DNA from: Pseudogymnoascus verrucosus
Lineage: Eukaryota
Direction: 5' to 3' (one strand)
NCBI GenBank assembly: GCA_001662655.1
Contig: KV460278.1
Length of the DNA: 64,000 bases
Position 1 is the stretch's first letter; the number at the start of each line of letters is the position of its first letter. The notes under the pieces were generated by a model that did no database searches, had not been told where the DNA came from, and saw only the letters and a program-made list of their open reading frames with translations. Position numbers and translations under genes: made by a program. Positions 13,603-25,440 of this stretch are shown piece by piece.

Positions 13603-16600
13603 ATGTTCGGAATCGCACAAGGCCCCACAAAACAGACAGCCGCCGATGCTATCAATGTCTTCAGTGGTAGACTTCAGAGCGCGACGCTCCTTGAAGATAG
13701 GCGCAATGCTATTCTTGGCTTGAGGAGCTTTGCACGTCAATTTCCTGCGTCGGTTGCCTCAGGGGCGCTCCGGGGCCTCATTGGAAGCTTGGGCAAAGAT
13801 GTTGACGATGTGGACACCGTAAAGGTTGTGCTTGAGACACTTATAATGCTTTTCAACCCCGATGAAAGCAGTCCAGAGGCCTCGGAAGAAATCTCGCTGT
13901 GGTTGGCAGACGAGTTTACTCAACGTCAAGATAACATTACCATATTGCTAGATCTGCTGGAAACCAGTGATTTCTACTCCAGACTGTATTCCTTACAGCT
14001 GCTCGGAGAAATCCTGTCGGCCAGGTCAGAGCGTACGGAGGAATGTATATTTACCGCTCCCCTTGGAATTTCGCGATTAGTGGCTATACTAGACGACAGG
14101 CGTGAGGTAATCAGAAATGAAGGCTTGACCCTACTCACATACCTTACTCCTCATTCAACAGAACTGCAAAAGTTGGTCGCTTTTGAAAATGCTTTTGACA
14201 GGATCTTTACCATTATAAAGTTAGAAGGCGCATTATCTCGTGGAGACAGGGTCGTCGAAGACTGCTTGATCCTCCTCGCCAATCTACTTCGTATGAACGT
14301 TTCAAACCAGTCGTTTTTTCGAGAAACCGGATGTACCCCAAAACTAGGGCAGCTTCTCAGTGATGCTTTGAACACAGAGGAGCAAGAGGAGACAGTGGCC
14401 GAATGGGCCCAAGTGCAACGCAATCGCAACATCTACGCTCTACTTGCCGTTCTTAGATTGTTCCTTGTGAGAGGGGCCGCCGGAACTCCAGCAAACCAAG
14501 CCTCTTTCTGGCAGCATGGTGTTCTTAAAAGCGTTTTGCAACTAGCATTCGATCACTCAACCGAAATGCGGATAAAGTCCGAGGTGTGCTTGTTTCGGAT
14601 TCCATTCAAGCGTGACGACGAACTAATTCTCTGCTAGGCCCTCATAACTTGTGGGGATATTATTCGCGGAAACTCTAATCTCCAAGAAGCCTTTGCTCAA
14701 TTACAGGTGTCAGCAGTGGTGGATGTTCCAGTCTCCAATGGTGACGCGAACCTCCAACAAGATCGCGGTGCGAAGGTCTATGTAATAGATGGACTGCTCG
14801 ACCTTACGCTCAGTATTCCATCTCTGCAAGCATTTGATGCCAGGCTAGCAGCATGTGAGTGTATCAAAGCGTATATCTATAACCATCCGGCTATAAGACA
14901 GCACTTCTTCCGCCGGGCTATTGACGGGCACTCGTCTGGCGCGGACGAAACAGCAAACGTCCTGACCACATTGCTCAGGCCAACTAGCCGAGATACACCT
15001 ACCGATCCCTACAGATACTGGTTTGCTGCGGTTATCGTGTACCACCTCATTTGCGAAGATGGCGATGCAAAGGCCATAGCAATGGGAATTGCTGAGGGGG
15101 ACACCTCTTCTGGCGAGGAAGAAATTACATGCATACAGACTATTACTGCAAATCTAATAAACGGTTTACAAAGAGGCGATGACGAACGAGTTCTTGTGGG
15201 CTATCTGATGCTTCTCTGCGGCTGGCTATTTGAAGACCCTGATGCTGTGAACGACTTTCTTGGGGAAGGAAGCAACGTGCAGAGTTTGGTTCGTCTTCTT
15301 GGACAAGGAGAAAGGAATATGGTGATTGTCCAAGGCCTGTGCGCGTTGCTCCTCGGCATAGTGTATGAATTTTCTACAAAAGACTCCCCATTGTCTCGCC
15401 CTACATTACACAAGCTTTTGGTATCCCAGCTTGGAAGGGACCAATACATTGATCGCCTGCACAAGCTCCGGAGACACCCGCTGCTCCATGATTTTGAAGT
15501 TCTACCACAAAAGCTTGGGTCAACAAGCGCAGGCACACTGCCTGATGTTTACTTCGACAGCGTTTTTGTGGACTTTGTGAAAGACAACTTCAGCAGAATA
15601 CAGCGAGCTATAGATCGTGATCCTGGGCTGGAGATACCGGTCATCTCAAATGGCATACAAAAAGGGATCTCCAGAGAAATGGTGGATTCACTTCGTTCAC
15701 AGCTGGAAGAAAAGGAGCAGACTCTTCAGAAAGTGCAGTCGACTTTATTGTCATTAGAAAGGCAATTGGATCAGGAACGGGCGGACAACAGAAAAGCAAA
15801 AGAAACAGCAACACAGGACACCGCAAAGTTACAAAACATGAATGAGACGCTGCAGTATCATCATAACCAAGAGATGAAGTATGGCACTGGTTCTCCATGT
15901 TTAATACCTTTACTAATTGAACTAGTAAGCTAAGGACTGAACTACAACATATCGAGGAAACTTCTGTGAAGAAGTTGCATCTAGCACAACGTGCTGCTGA
16001 AGACAGCTCGGAGCGGGTGAAAAAGAGGACAGATGCTGAGATTGCAGATCTGAAGCAAAGCATAACCTCTTTACAATCCAAATTAGAAAAGGTGAGGAGA
16101 ATTAGCCCGCCGGAGATTATCTGCTGACACCCAATAGGCTATCAAGGACCATCTACAAGATCTGCAGACTGCACATGATGAGTATTCATCACAGCTTGAG
16201 GAACAGGTACTTCGTGTGCAACGAGCAGAAGATAAAACAAGGGATTTGGAAAGCAGCGAAAAATCGGCCCATGAGCGGACTTTAAAGGTAAGCCAGACAG
16301 TGCAGTTCCAGAAGCTGATATGCTAACGGTTTGCCTAGGCTGAGTCATTGGCAGCCGAAAGCGAACTGCAGAAAGCAGCGGTCCAGGCTGAGCTGGATGA
16401 TCTGCTTATGGTATTCGGGGATACAGAAGATAAACTTTCGCGCTACAAGGTACTGTGGTCCCCTATTCACCCTAATTTATTATGTAGGCCAAAAGTTAAC
16501 ATCCATTCAGGAGCAACTTCGAGAGCTTGGCGAAGCCGTTTCTGATGGGGAAAATGATGACGAGGGCGATGATGACAAGGACGAACAGCTCCAGCAACCT

Positions 16601-16606
16601 GAGTAG
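13603..16606 (+). CDS. USO1: ER-Golgi vesicle tethering factor Uso1/p115 (6 exons)
   Basis: Head motifs RLQSATLLEDRR, QKLVAFENAF and GYLMLLCGWL; coiled-coil exons; ELDDLLMVF and an acidic C-terminus. Confidence 0.93.
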
Positions 16607-17190
16607 ACCGCCAATTAATGCCGAGATGATTGGGGTTGGTTGGGGAGCATTGTCACTTGTATGCTGCTGACCTTGTTCTATTTGGTTTGGTAGACTCGCT
16701 GGGTTGTACCCGCCTTGGACTGTTAATTGTGGTATACTATACCCAGCTGTCATATCTGATGTATATATAGTGCCATTCTGAAGAAATTCAGTTGGTGCAG
16801 TCGCGCAAGAACAAATAAGAGGTTTCAGATGAGTTGATTGCACTATCATGATTTGAACGGGTTAAAATATGTAAAGAGATGCATGCATGTGGGGAGAATT
16901 GGACAATTTGAGGATTAGTCAGCCTTCAGAACTTCGAAATTGTAGCTGCTCGCCATTTCGCCCTAAAGGCGGGGTAGATAAGGAACCCCCACACGATAAA
17001 CCCAGAGAACTGACCACAAATTCACCAGGCCAGAATCACCTCAAGTATAATAGTTGTGTAGACAGTGGATGTAATTGAAATAGTATTTAATATACTTTGG
17101 GGAGTTAGCAGTGCTAGCCTAATATTTCGTTAGCAACATAATTTATAGAAATGCGCCGCGTTGTGTTTGTTTTAAGGAGATGTTAGCCTA

Positions 17191-17210
17191 ATGAGTCAAA
17201 TTATGAGTCG
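17191..17210. promoter_or_regulatory. Tandem Gcn4/CpcA response elements upstream of IleRS
   Basis: ATGAGTCA at 17191-17198 and ATGAGTCG at 17203-17210, about 200 bp upstream of the ATG. Confidence 0.6.
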
Positions 17211-17398
17211 AAAAATCTGCCACCTAAAACTTGTACTCACGTTCACTCGATCACAACTTGGCCCACTGAACTTGATTCTGCCCCCCGACTACTAAGTGGT
17301 GTGCAACTACTCTCTGGACCATCAAGGCCATTTTCTCTCCAGAACACAACTAGCACACATTACAGCCAGAGGTGTCCTTTCTATCAAAGGCGCCTAAC

Positions 17399-20300
17399 AT
17401 GTCTGTCGACTTCCCCAAGGAGGAGGAGGCTGTGTTGCAGCGCTGGAAAGAGATCCAAGCATTCGAAAGACAGGTGAGCAAATAGGAACGGGCACTTGGG
17501 ATGTAGAAACATGTTGACAGATTGAAGGTCGAGTTGTCCAAGGGGCGCAAGCCGTACACTTTCTATGATGGGCCACCCTTTGCGACAGGGTTGCCGCACT
17601 ATGGACATCTATTGGCCTCGACGATCAAGGACATCATCCCCAGATATTGGTCCATGAAAGGCTACCATGTAGAGAGACGTTTTGGGTGGGACACTCATGG
17701 CCTGCCAATTGAGCACGAAATCGACAAGAAGCTTGGAATATCCGGTAGAGAAGCAGTGATGAAGCTGGGGCTGGACAAATACAATGCCGAATGCAGAGCT
17801 ATCGTCATGAGATATTCGGCGGAGTGGCGCACTACAATTGACCGACTGGGGCGATGGATCGATTTCGATAATGATTATAAGGTACGGGATATATTTAACT
17901 ATGCGTTGTTTGGGGACTAACTGTGCTTCAGACAATGGACCCGACTTACATGGAGTCTGTCTGGTGGGTTTTCAAGCAAATCTTTGATAAAGACGCCGTA
18001 TATCAAGGATACCGCGTTATGCCCTATTCAACTGTCCTTACGACGGCACTCAGCAACTTTGAGGCGAATCAGAATTACCAAGACATTCAGGACCCCGCGG
18101 TTGTCGTCTCGTTCCCACTCCTGGACGACCCGGAGACCTCTCTGTTAGCCTGGACCACTACTCCATGGACTCTTCCATCACACACTGGACTCTGTGCACA
18201 CCCGGATTTTGAGTATATCAAGATTCGGGACGAACTGTCTGGGAAGAACTACATACTACTGGAGAAGCTCCTGAGCACTCTTTACAAAGACCCAAAGAAA
18301 GCAAAATTCAAGATCCTCGAAAAGATCAAGGGTAGTGACATGCTAGGGTGGAAATACGAACCTCTGTTTGATTATTTCTACGAGGAATTTAAGGACTACG
18401 GATTCCGTGTCTTCAACGCGACATATGTTACTGATGATAGTGGTGTTGGCATTGTCCATCAGGCACCCGCGTTTGGTGAGGAGGATTACAACCTTGCTCT
18501 CGAATTTGGAGTCATTGACAAATCCCGTGGCCCACCAAATCCCCTTGATGAAACTGGGCACTTCACATCAAGAGTTCGAGATTTTGAAGGGCAACATGTA
18601 AAAGCTGCTGATAAAGCTATCATAAAGTACCTCAAGGGTACTGGACGCTTGATTGTTGAGTCTCAGATCAAGCATAGCTACCCTATGTGCCCACGATCTG
18701 ATACCCCTCTTATCTACCGCGCCGTGCCATCTTGGTTTGTCAAAATTCCCGAGATTGTACCCCAGATGCTCGAAAACATCCAAGACTCTCACTGGGTGCC
18801 ATCCTTCGTGAAAGAGAAGCGCTTTGCAAGTTGGATCGCGAATGCTCGAGACTGGAATGTTTCTAGGAACCGTTACTGGGGAACGCCAATCCCGCTTTGG
18901 GTCAGTGACGATCTGGAAGAACGAGTTTGTATTGGAAGCATTGCAGAGCTCAAAGAGCTGAGCGGATATGAAGGCGAGATAACCGATTTACACCGAGACA
19001 AAATTGACCACATTACCATTCCTAGTAAAATGGGCAAAGGAACTCTACACCGTATCGAGGAAGTTTTCGACTGTTGGTTTGAGTCTGGAAGCATGCCATA
19101 TGCTAGCCAGCATTACCCCTTTGAAAACCAGGATAAATTCAAGGCATCATTTCCAGGAGATTTCATTGCGGAGGGGCTAGATCAGACCCGTGGATGGTTC
19201 TATACCCTTCTTGTGCTTGGCACACACCTCTTTGGAAAATCGCCTTTCCAGAACTGTGTTGTGAATGGTATAGTTCTGGCGGAAGATGGGAAGAAGATGT
19301 CCAAGAGGCTCAAAAACTACCCTGATCCAACCATTGTTATGTCTAAATATGGCTCAGACGCACTGCGTTTATATTTGATCAACTCTCCAGTTGTACGAGC
19401 CGAGCCCCTCCGCTTCAAAGAGGCTGGTGTGAAGGAGGTGGTTGCAAAGGTTTTACTGCCCCTTTGGAATAGCTACAAGTTTTTTGAAGGGCAAGTTGCT
19501 TTGCTAAAGAAGGTAGCTGGCGTTGATTTCATCTTTGACCCAGCCTCTGAATCGACAAACACGAATGTGATGGATCAGTGGATCTTAGCGAGCTGCCAAA
19601 GTTTACTTAAATTCGTTAACGAAGAAATGGCTGGTAGGTTAAATATCTCTTCGCGGTGTACTTTACTAACAATTCGAAAGCTTATCGCCTGTACACGGTC
19701 GTTCCACGCCTTCTTGACCTAATTGACACCACGACAAATTGGTACATTCGATTCAACAGAAAGCGTCTGAAGGGCGAATTTGGGCTTGATGACACCATGC
19801 ACGCCTTGAACTCGTTATTCGAAGTCCTCTTCACTCTCACTAAAGGCCTTGCCCCTTTCACACCCTTTATAACAGATAACATATATGGCCGCCTCCTTCC
19901 CCACATCCCCAAGGAGCTGCGTGGAGAGGACGATCGCAGCGTGCACTTCCTCCCCTTTCCAGACGTTCGAAACGAGCTTTTCAATGGAGAAGTTGAGCGT
20001 CGCGTCGGACGCATGCAGCGAGTGATCGAACTGGCTCGTGTTTCACGAGAAAGGCGTGGCGTGGGCCTGAAAACGCCGCTAAAAACACTTGTTGTCATAC
20101 ACCCAGATCCAGTTTATCTGGAGGATATCCGCTCACTCGAAGGATACATCACTGAGGAACTCAATATCATCAGCCTTGTATTGTCATCAGACGAGGAGAA
20201 GTACAATGTGCAGTACAGTGTCTCTGCAGATTGGCCTGTTTTGGGCAAGAAGTTGAAAAAGGACGTCCAAAGGGTTAAAAAGGCACTTCCCGGCCTAACG

Positions 20301-20786
20301 AGCGCTGAGGTCCAGCAGTTCGTCCTAACGAAGACGATTACGGTTGATGGAATCGTGCTAGGGGATGGAGATTTGCATGTCAAGCGTAGCCTGAAAGAGG
20401 ATGACTCGTCGAAAAATCTGGAGACAAACACAGACGAGGACGTCTTGGTTATCCTGGATGCTGCATTGTACCCAGAACTTGCAGAAGAAGGTTTATCCCG
20501 AGAGATCATCAACCGAGTGCAGAGGCTGCGAAAGAAGGCGGGCCTCCAGCCTACAGATGATGTCAAAATGGAGTTCAATGTCATCGCTGACCCAGATAAT
20601 CTTGGACTCGCCGAAATATTCCGAACACAGGCGAAATCGATCGAAAAGGCCCTTCGTAGGCCAGTCGACCAACACGTCGTGACGGAAGTCGACGGTGTGG
20701 CCACTACTAACGTGGAGCAGCTTATCATGGAAGAGGAGCAAGAGATCCAAAAGGCAACTTTCATGCTTAGGTTGGTAAAACTTTGA
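17399..20786 (+). CDS. ILS1: Cytosolic isoleucyl-tRNA synthetase (4 exons)
   Basis: Starts [10 protein letters not shown]. Motifs [14 protein letters not shown] (HIGH), WTTTPWTL editing domain, [10 protein letters not shown] and KMSKR. Confidence 0.97.
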
Positions 20787-21642
20787 GGTTTTCAACAATT
20801 GTTGGTACAGAAGGGATCGTATTCAGTATGGTAGAACTATGAATGAGACGCTCTCTTTAAATAAGTAGCTTGCCTTCAATACACTACCCTTGAGATAGTA
20901 TTGTTAAATTTCCATGGCTGCAATGCGAAATCACTCTTGCCTCGTAAATATTTTACGGTTTCCTTGAGGCTGCCTACTTGCCGTCAATACCCAATGCTAA
21001 AACTGACATACCAAGTGGAAATACTGACAACATAACAATCTTTTAAACGTAAAAATTCGGTCAAGCACTTGTCCTTGTGAACATGATTATAATCCTCTAC
21101 TATGCATTTTCCATAAACGGATGCCTGCAAATCATGTCGTTAACAACGGATCACGTGCCATGAAGGAGTGGACGAACTTGGCCTGAGCACTGAGCAATTG
21201 CTTTCGCAAAAGTCTCGATAGGTCTCGACCTGCCTGGCATTGCGGGATCGAGGGTAGATATATGCTTCTTTTGTGCGCGTTCGGAAGTGTTGAACCCAAG
21301 AGGGGAATTTCGGAATTCTGTTGTAGTTAGTTTGTGACGGGGTAGTCGATTCTAAATATACACCCTGTATCACGTGCACTTATTTGGCGCGCTTTCTGGT
21401 AATTGACTTGAAAGCGCGGTCGCGTTCACAATCCCACGGCAAACAATGAGTTCCGCGACGACGTCTACAAAAGGCACCATTAGACTCCGACTAGACAAGC
21501 AGAGACTCTAATATTCTGCCATGCAATCCCCAAACTGCGTGAAGCGACTGACCTCTGTTGTGTTGAATTCATGCATTATGTGGCGTAATTGGACTCAGCT
21601 TGCGGAACTGTACTGATTTCTTGTCGCTGGACGCTCTGGCTG

Positions 21643-24600
21643 ATGTCCTCCAAAACAAGCCACAGCAAACTTGCAAAGAAGCCGGAGCTGTACTATACGA
21701 ACGAAGGTATTTATGCCGGGTTTTTTATCTTGAAAGGAGCTAATTCATTTTTGCGACTGCAGATGTTGCCATCCTGTACGACATCGTCTTACACGCCGAA
21801 GAGCTTCTTGGGAGCCTTCCAGAATCGGAAAGGATCCCAACGAACGCGCTATTCCAGGCATACTATGCGATACTCCCAACTATCGGCGTTAATGCCGATC
21901 ATGACAATCGATATGCGCGTGTTATCTTCAAAGTTGGAGGAAGGCGTGGCGGGGAATCTCTGTATCATAAATTCGAACATGTCCTTTCGGAGATGGGCAT
22001 CGAAATCCAGTTCGACCAAATCGAGGAGGAAGGTCGTCACACGCTCCATGGCCTTTCTGAAGGCTCCACTTTTGACATTCTTCCAAACCCCGGCTTCAAC
22101 CTTGTCGACAGACCTGACGTCCGGCGCCAAAAGAGGCGGAATTCGGAAACATCCATCTGGACCGTTGGGAGCGGAAAGGACGATGGTGTCTTGCGGAGGC
22201 CACGATCCAATTCCCTCCAATCATTGCCCCGCCCGGGATTCATTGACAACAACTCCCTCGAGAGCATTTGGCCGCCTACGACATTCCCTGCTACCACCCT
22301 GCCCGATCCCCATAAACCCTTCGGGCGAGATGATAACGCCCACAGAATTGGATCCTGGTTAACTACAGAAGTAAATACCAATGGCCTATCTGCAGCTTCC
22401 CAGCGCACCAATTCTGATCAGAGTTCGCAAGAAAGGATTATATCGCATATAAACACGGCGAGTGAGGACGATACTGGTAGCGTACCCCTCGATGCGGATG
22501 AACAACAACCACTCCCGCCAATTGGCCATGTGGACCATCCGCAAGAAATGCACGCATTTCCTATTCCTGTGGCTGCTTCTAGAATCAACACCAGCGCAGT
22601 CATCGAGAATAGAAGAGCGTTCTTTCTTCATAATCGGAACCGCTCTTTGCTTTTAGACAAACTGGCATGTTGGCAACAAAAGGCTACGCAAGTCTTTGCA
22701 GGAAATAGCAACCTTGAAGCCCTTGCTAGAAGCAGAGATAGAGATGTTCTCCTGAAGCAAGGACTTGAAACCTGGGTTACTGCTCTCCGTGAGCGACGCC
22801 GAGTCCTCGAGACTGAGCACTTCTTCTTTTACCTTGAACGTCGTGCCAAACGGGCCCGAGATATCTTCTTGCTTGCAAAAAGCTTTACTCATTGGGCTAC
22901 GACCGCATCCGACGAGATTCAGCGGACGTCAGTGGCCCGAAGGCACATCTTAAGAACCCGATTCTTTAAGGCTTGGCGAGAAATCACAGCAGTCAATGAA
23001 CTTAAAGTTCGCCGCCACATCCAAAAGAAGTTTTTCAATTCGTGGCGGCGACGCCAAGAGGTAATATCCTCTATTTCCGGCCATTCCATTGCGTTGTTTC
23101 ACGGAAACGTTGTAACACGTGCTTTTTGGCTCTGGTTGTGGTCCTTGCGGGAGAGGAGAGCCCCTATGTGGTGGGCGAAGATGGCAAAGAGAAGGCAGAT
23201 GGTTTCATGGACTACCAAATTAAAGACAATAAGAGAAATGAGCACAGTTGGCCAATATCACCGTCAGGAGAAATCAAAGCGATTGATATGGGGTATATGG
23301 ACCAGGAGGACGCGGGACCTCACCAACTTGAATGATGCAAGCTTGATAATGCAGAAAAGGTCCTCCTGCGTTAATGCTCTTAGGTATTTGCGTAGCGCCA
23401 ATACGCTACTTCCCTCTTCGAGGCATATAAAATCGAAAGTCAAATATGGTCTTTTTGTCAAATTCTTCGGTATATGGCGTTTACGGACTACGCAAGAAAG
23501 GCAAGCCCGCGATCTTGACCGCCACAAGATAAAAAGGGAGGCTTGGACAGCCTGGAACGACAAAATAAGATGCCAGGGCCTGCAACTACGCATTGCCGAT
23601 AGGAATCTCCTCCAAGCCCTCTATAGATGGGTTTTGGCGGAACGCCTAATTCTTGCACGCCGCCTTTCAAACCAAAAGATTATCCGGGCCACTTTTGAGC
23701 GTATGCTACAGACCTCTACGATATCGATTGGCACAGTGTCTGCTGGTATCCTTATCGCACTACAGTTTCGGGAGCAGAATGACAAACGGTCTATTCTGCG
23801 CAAATGGAGTTCGAATTTGAAGGTCCATAGGAGCTTTCAGCAACTCGCTATCCAGCGCAATACTTATCCGATTCAAACTGCTTTGCTGAAGACATGGTCG
23901 CGGAACCTGAACGACCTGCGGCAGTTGCACGAATGGGCTATTGATGCCAACTTTTACTTTGCTGCAACTAAGGCTCTTAAAATTTGGCGAGATGCGACAG
24001 AGGCATCCCGAAGAGAGAAACGACGGACTGCGTATGCAAGTGTGCGCCGCCAAAACAAACTGAAACTTGCTTCAAGGGTGCTTTATACCTGGCGGTGCCG
24101 GTCTAAGTCAGTGACCAGTATGGAGAACCTTGCATCCGAATTCCATGGCAGCAGAATAAATAACCATCTTGTCAAATCATTGGCTCGCTGGCGAGCTCGA
24201 AAGCTAGAGATATCGCGGTTAGAGTCTATCCGGTTGCCAACCATTCTCAGGGTCAGATTTGTTCAGTGGAAATCGTCCTCCAAAGAATATTACCATTTGG
24301 ACGTTGTTGCTAGCGGATTCAACGAGGACCGCCTATACATAGCTTCCATGAAGAAGTGGGGCCGTCTTGCCTTACAGTTTAGGGCCCATCAACACCTCGT
24401 ATCTGAGCTTCATGACAAGCATGCCAGAAGAGCAGTTCGAAAAATGGTCTTACACTGGCGACAGCAACTGTTTGACTATGAAGGCCCGGGATCTGCTAGC
24501 CTACCTGGAACAAAGGCAGTAACAAACCGCAATAGTAAAATATTTGATTCTTCAGAGAGATCCGAAGCCCATTCTGACACGGGAGAAGATGTTGGTCTTG

Positions 24601-24857
24601 GATACTTAACTCAGAAGAGTGGAGGCTTTCTCAACTCAGCACCTGGACGAGGCTATCTGAAAACGCCCTCAAAGAGAACATTCATGAGTAGGACGGCAAA
24701 CCAGCCATCCACCACGCCAATGGCGCCAATCTCGACCCCCTATGAAAGGCAATTGCGTGCGGAACTCTCTGGTCGCTTGTTCCAATCGTATTCTCGGATT
24801 TCAAACGAGAATCCACCAAATATTAACGAAGGATTCGAAGATTTAACGGATAAGTAA
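21643..24857 (+). CDS. SFI1: Sfi1 spindle pole body half-bridge, centrin-binding protein (intron 21707-21762)
   Basis: Spliced N-terminus ..LYYTNEDVAILYDIV..TNALFQAYYAILPTIG..; many regularly spaced F..W-R/K repeats (FFKAWRE, FFNSWRR, FFGIWRL); STTP near the C-terminus. The start codon is inferred. Confidence 0.85.
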
Positions 24858-25126
24858 TAAATACGGCTGAGGAATAATACTACTTAATACATCAATCAGA
24901 CTTTGATAAACATTTGTGGACTTTAAACCTAGACCACGAGCCCATTCATAAGTTACCCTGTACCAAAGACATTGTCGTGATATTTTCAGAGAACATGATC
25001 GGAGTGAGCTGTTATGAATAAATCATTTATCAGAAACCCCTTGTGTCCTCAATGTCAGTCTAATATGCCAAACCGTGCTTTTAAAAATAGACAATCGGTC
25101 AACTGGTCCAGAAGCCTCATGTATGT

Positions 25127-25136
25127 GTCACGTGAT
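25127..25136. promoter_or_regulatory. Extended E-box GTCACGTGAT upstream of RAV1
   Basis: About 310 bp upstream of the ATG; reverse complement of the site at 13002. Confidence 0.4.
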
Positions 25137-25440
25137 CGTGAAGCTAACCTCGTCGCTCATCTTGGCGGGTAGCGGCGGGTATGGGTACGTAACAGCTAGG
25201 GATTGACAGCCTTGTCTTATCTGTTGTTTATGATCAGTCGCGATCGAGAAGTATAATGCTGGGCCCTTCTCAGGTTCTCCTTTTCCAGATACTGTAACAA
25301 ACTGCGGCCGACATCAAGCATTACTGTCTACCACGGGAAACTTTTATTGATTGTATTCTGCAGCAAATGAGACCCATTTGTCTACCACATTTAGGAATCT
25401 GAGGTTGTGGGAGAGCTTGCCATGGTGGTGAATCTTTAGT

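Noticed and set aside
17351..17398. Possible non-AUG N-terminal (mitochondrial) extension of IleRS
   Set aside because: An in-frame TAG lies at 17351-17353, only 15 codons upstream of the ATG.
19682..20798. Long antisense ORFs over IleRS (and similar shadows over other genes)
   Set aside because: Typical antisense shadows of codon-biased genes with no independent motifs.
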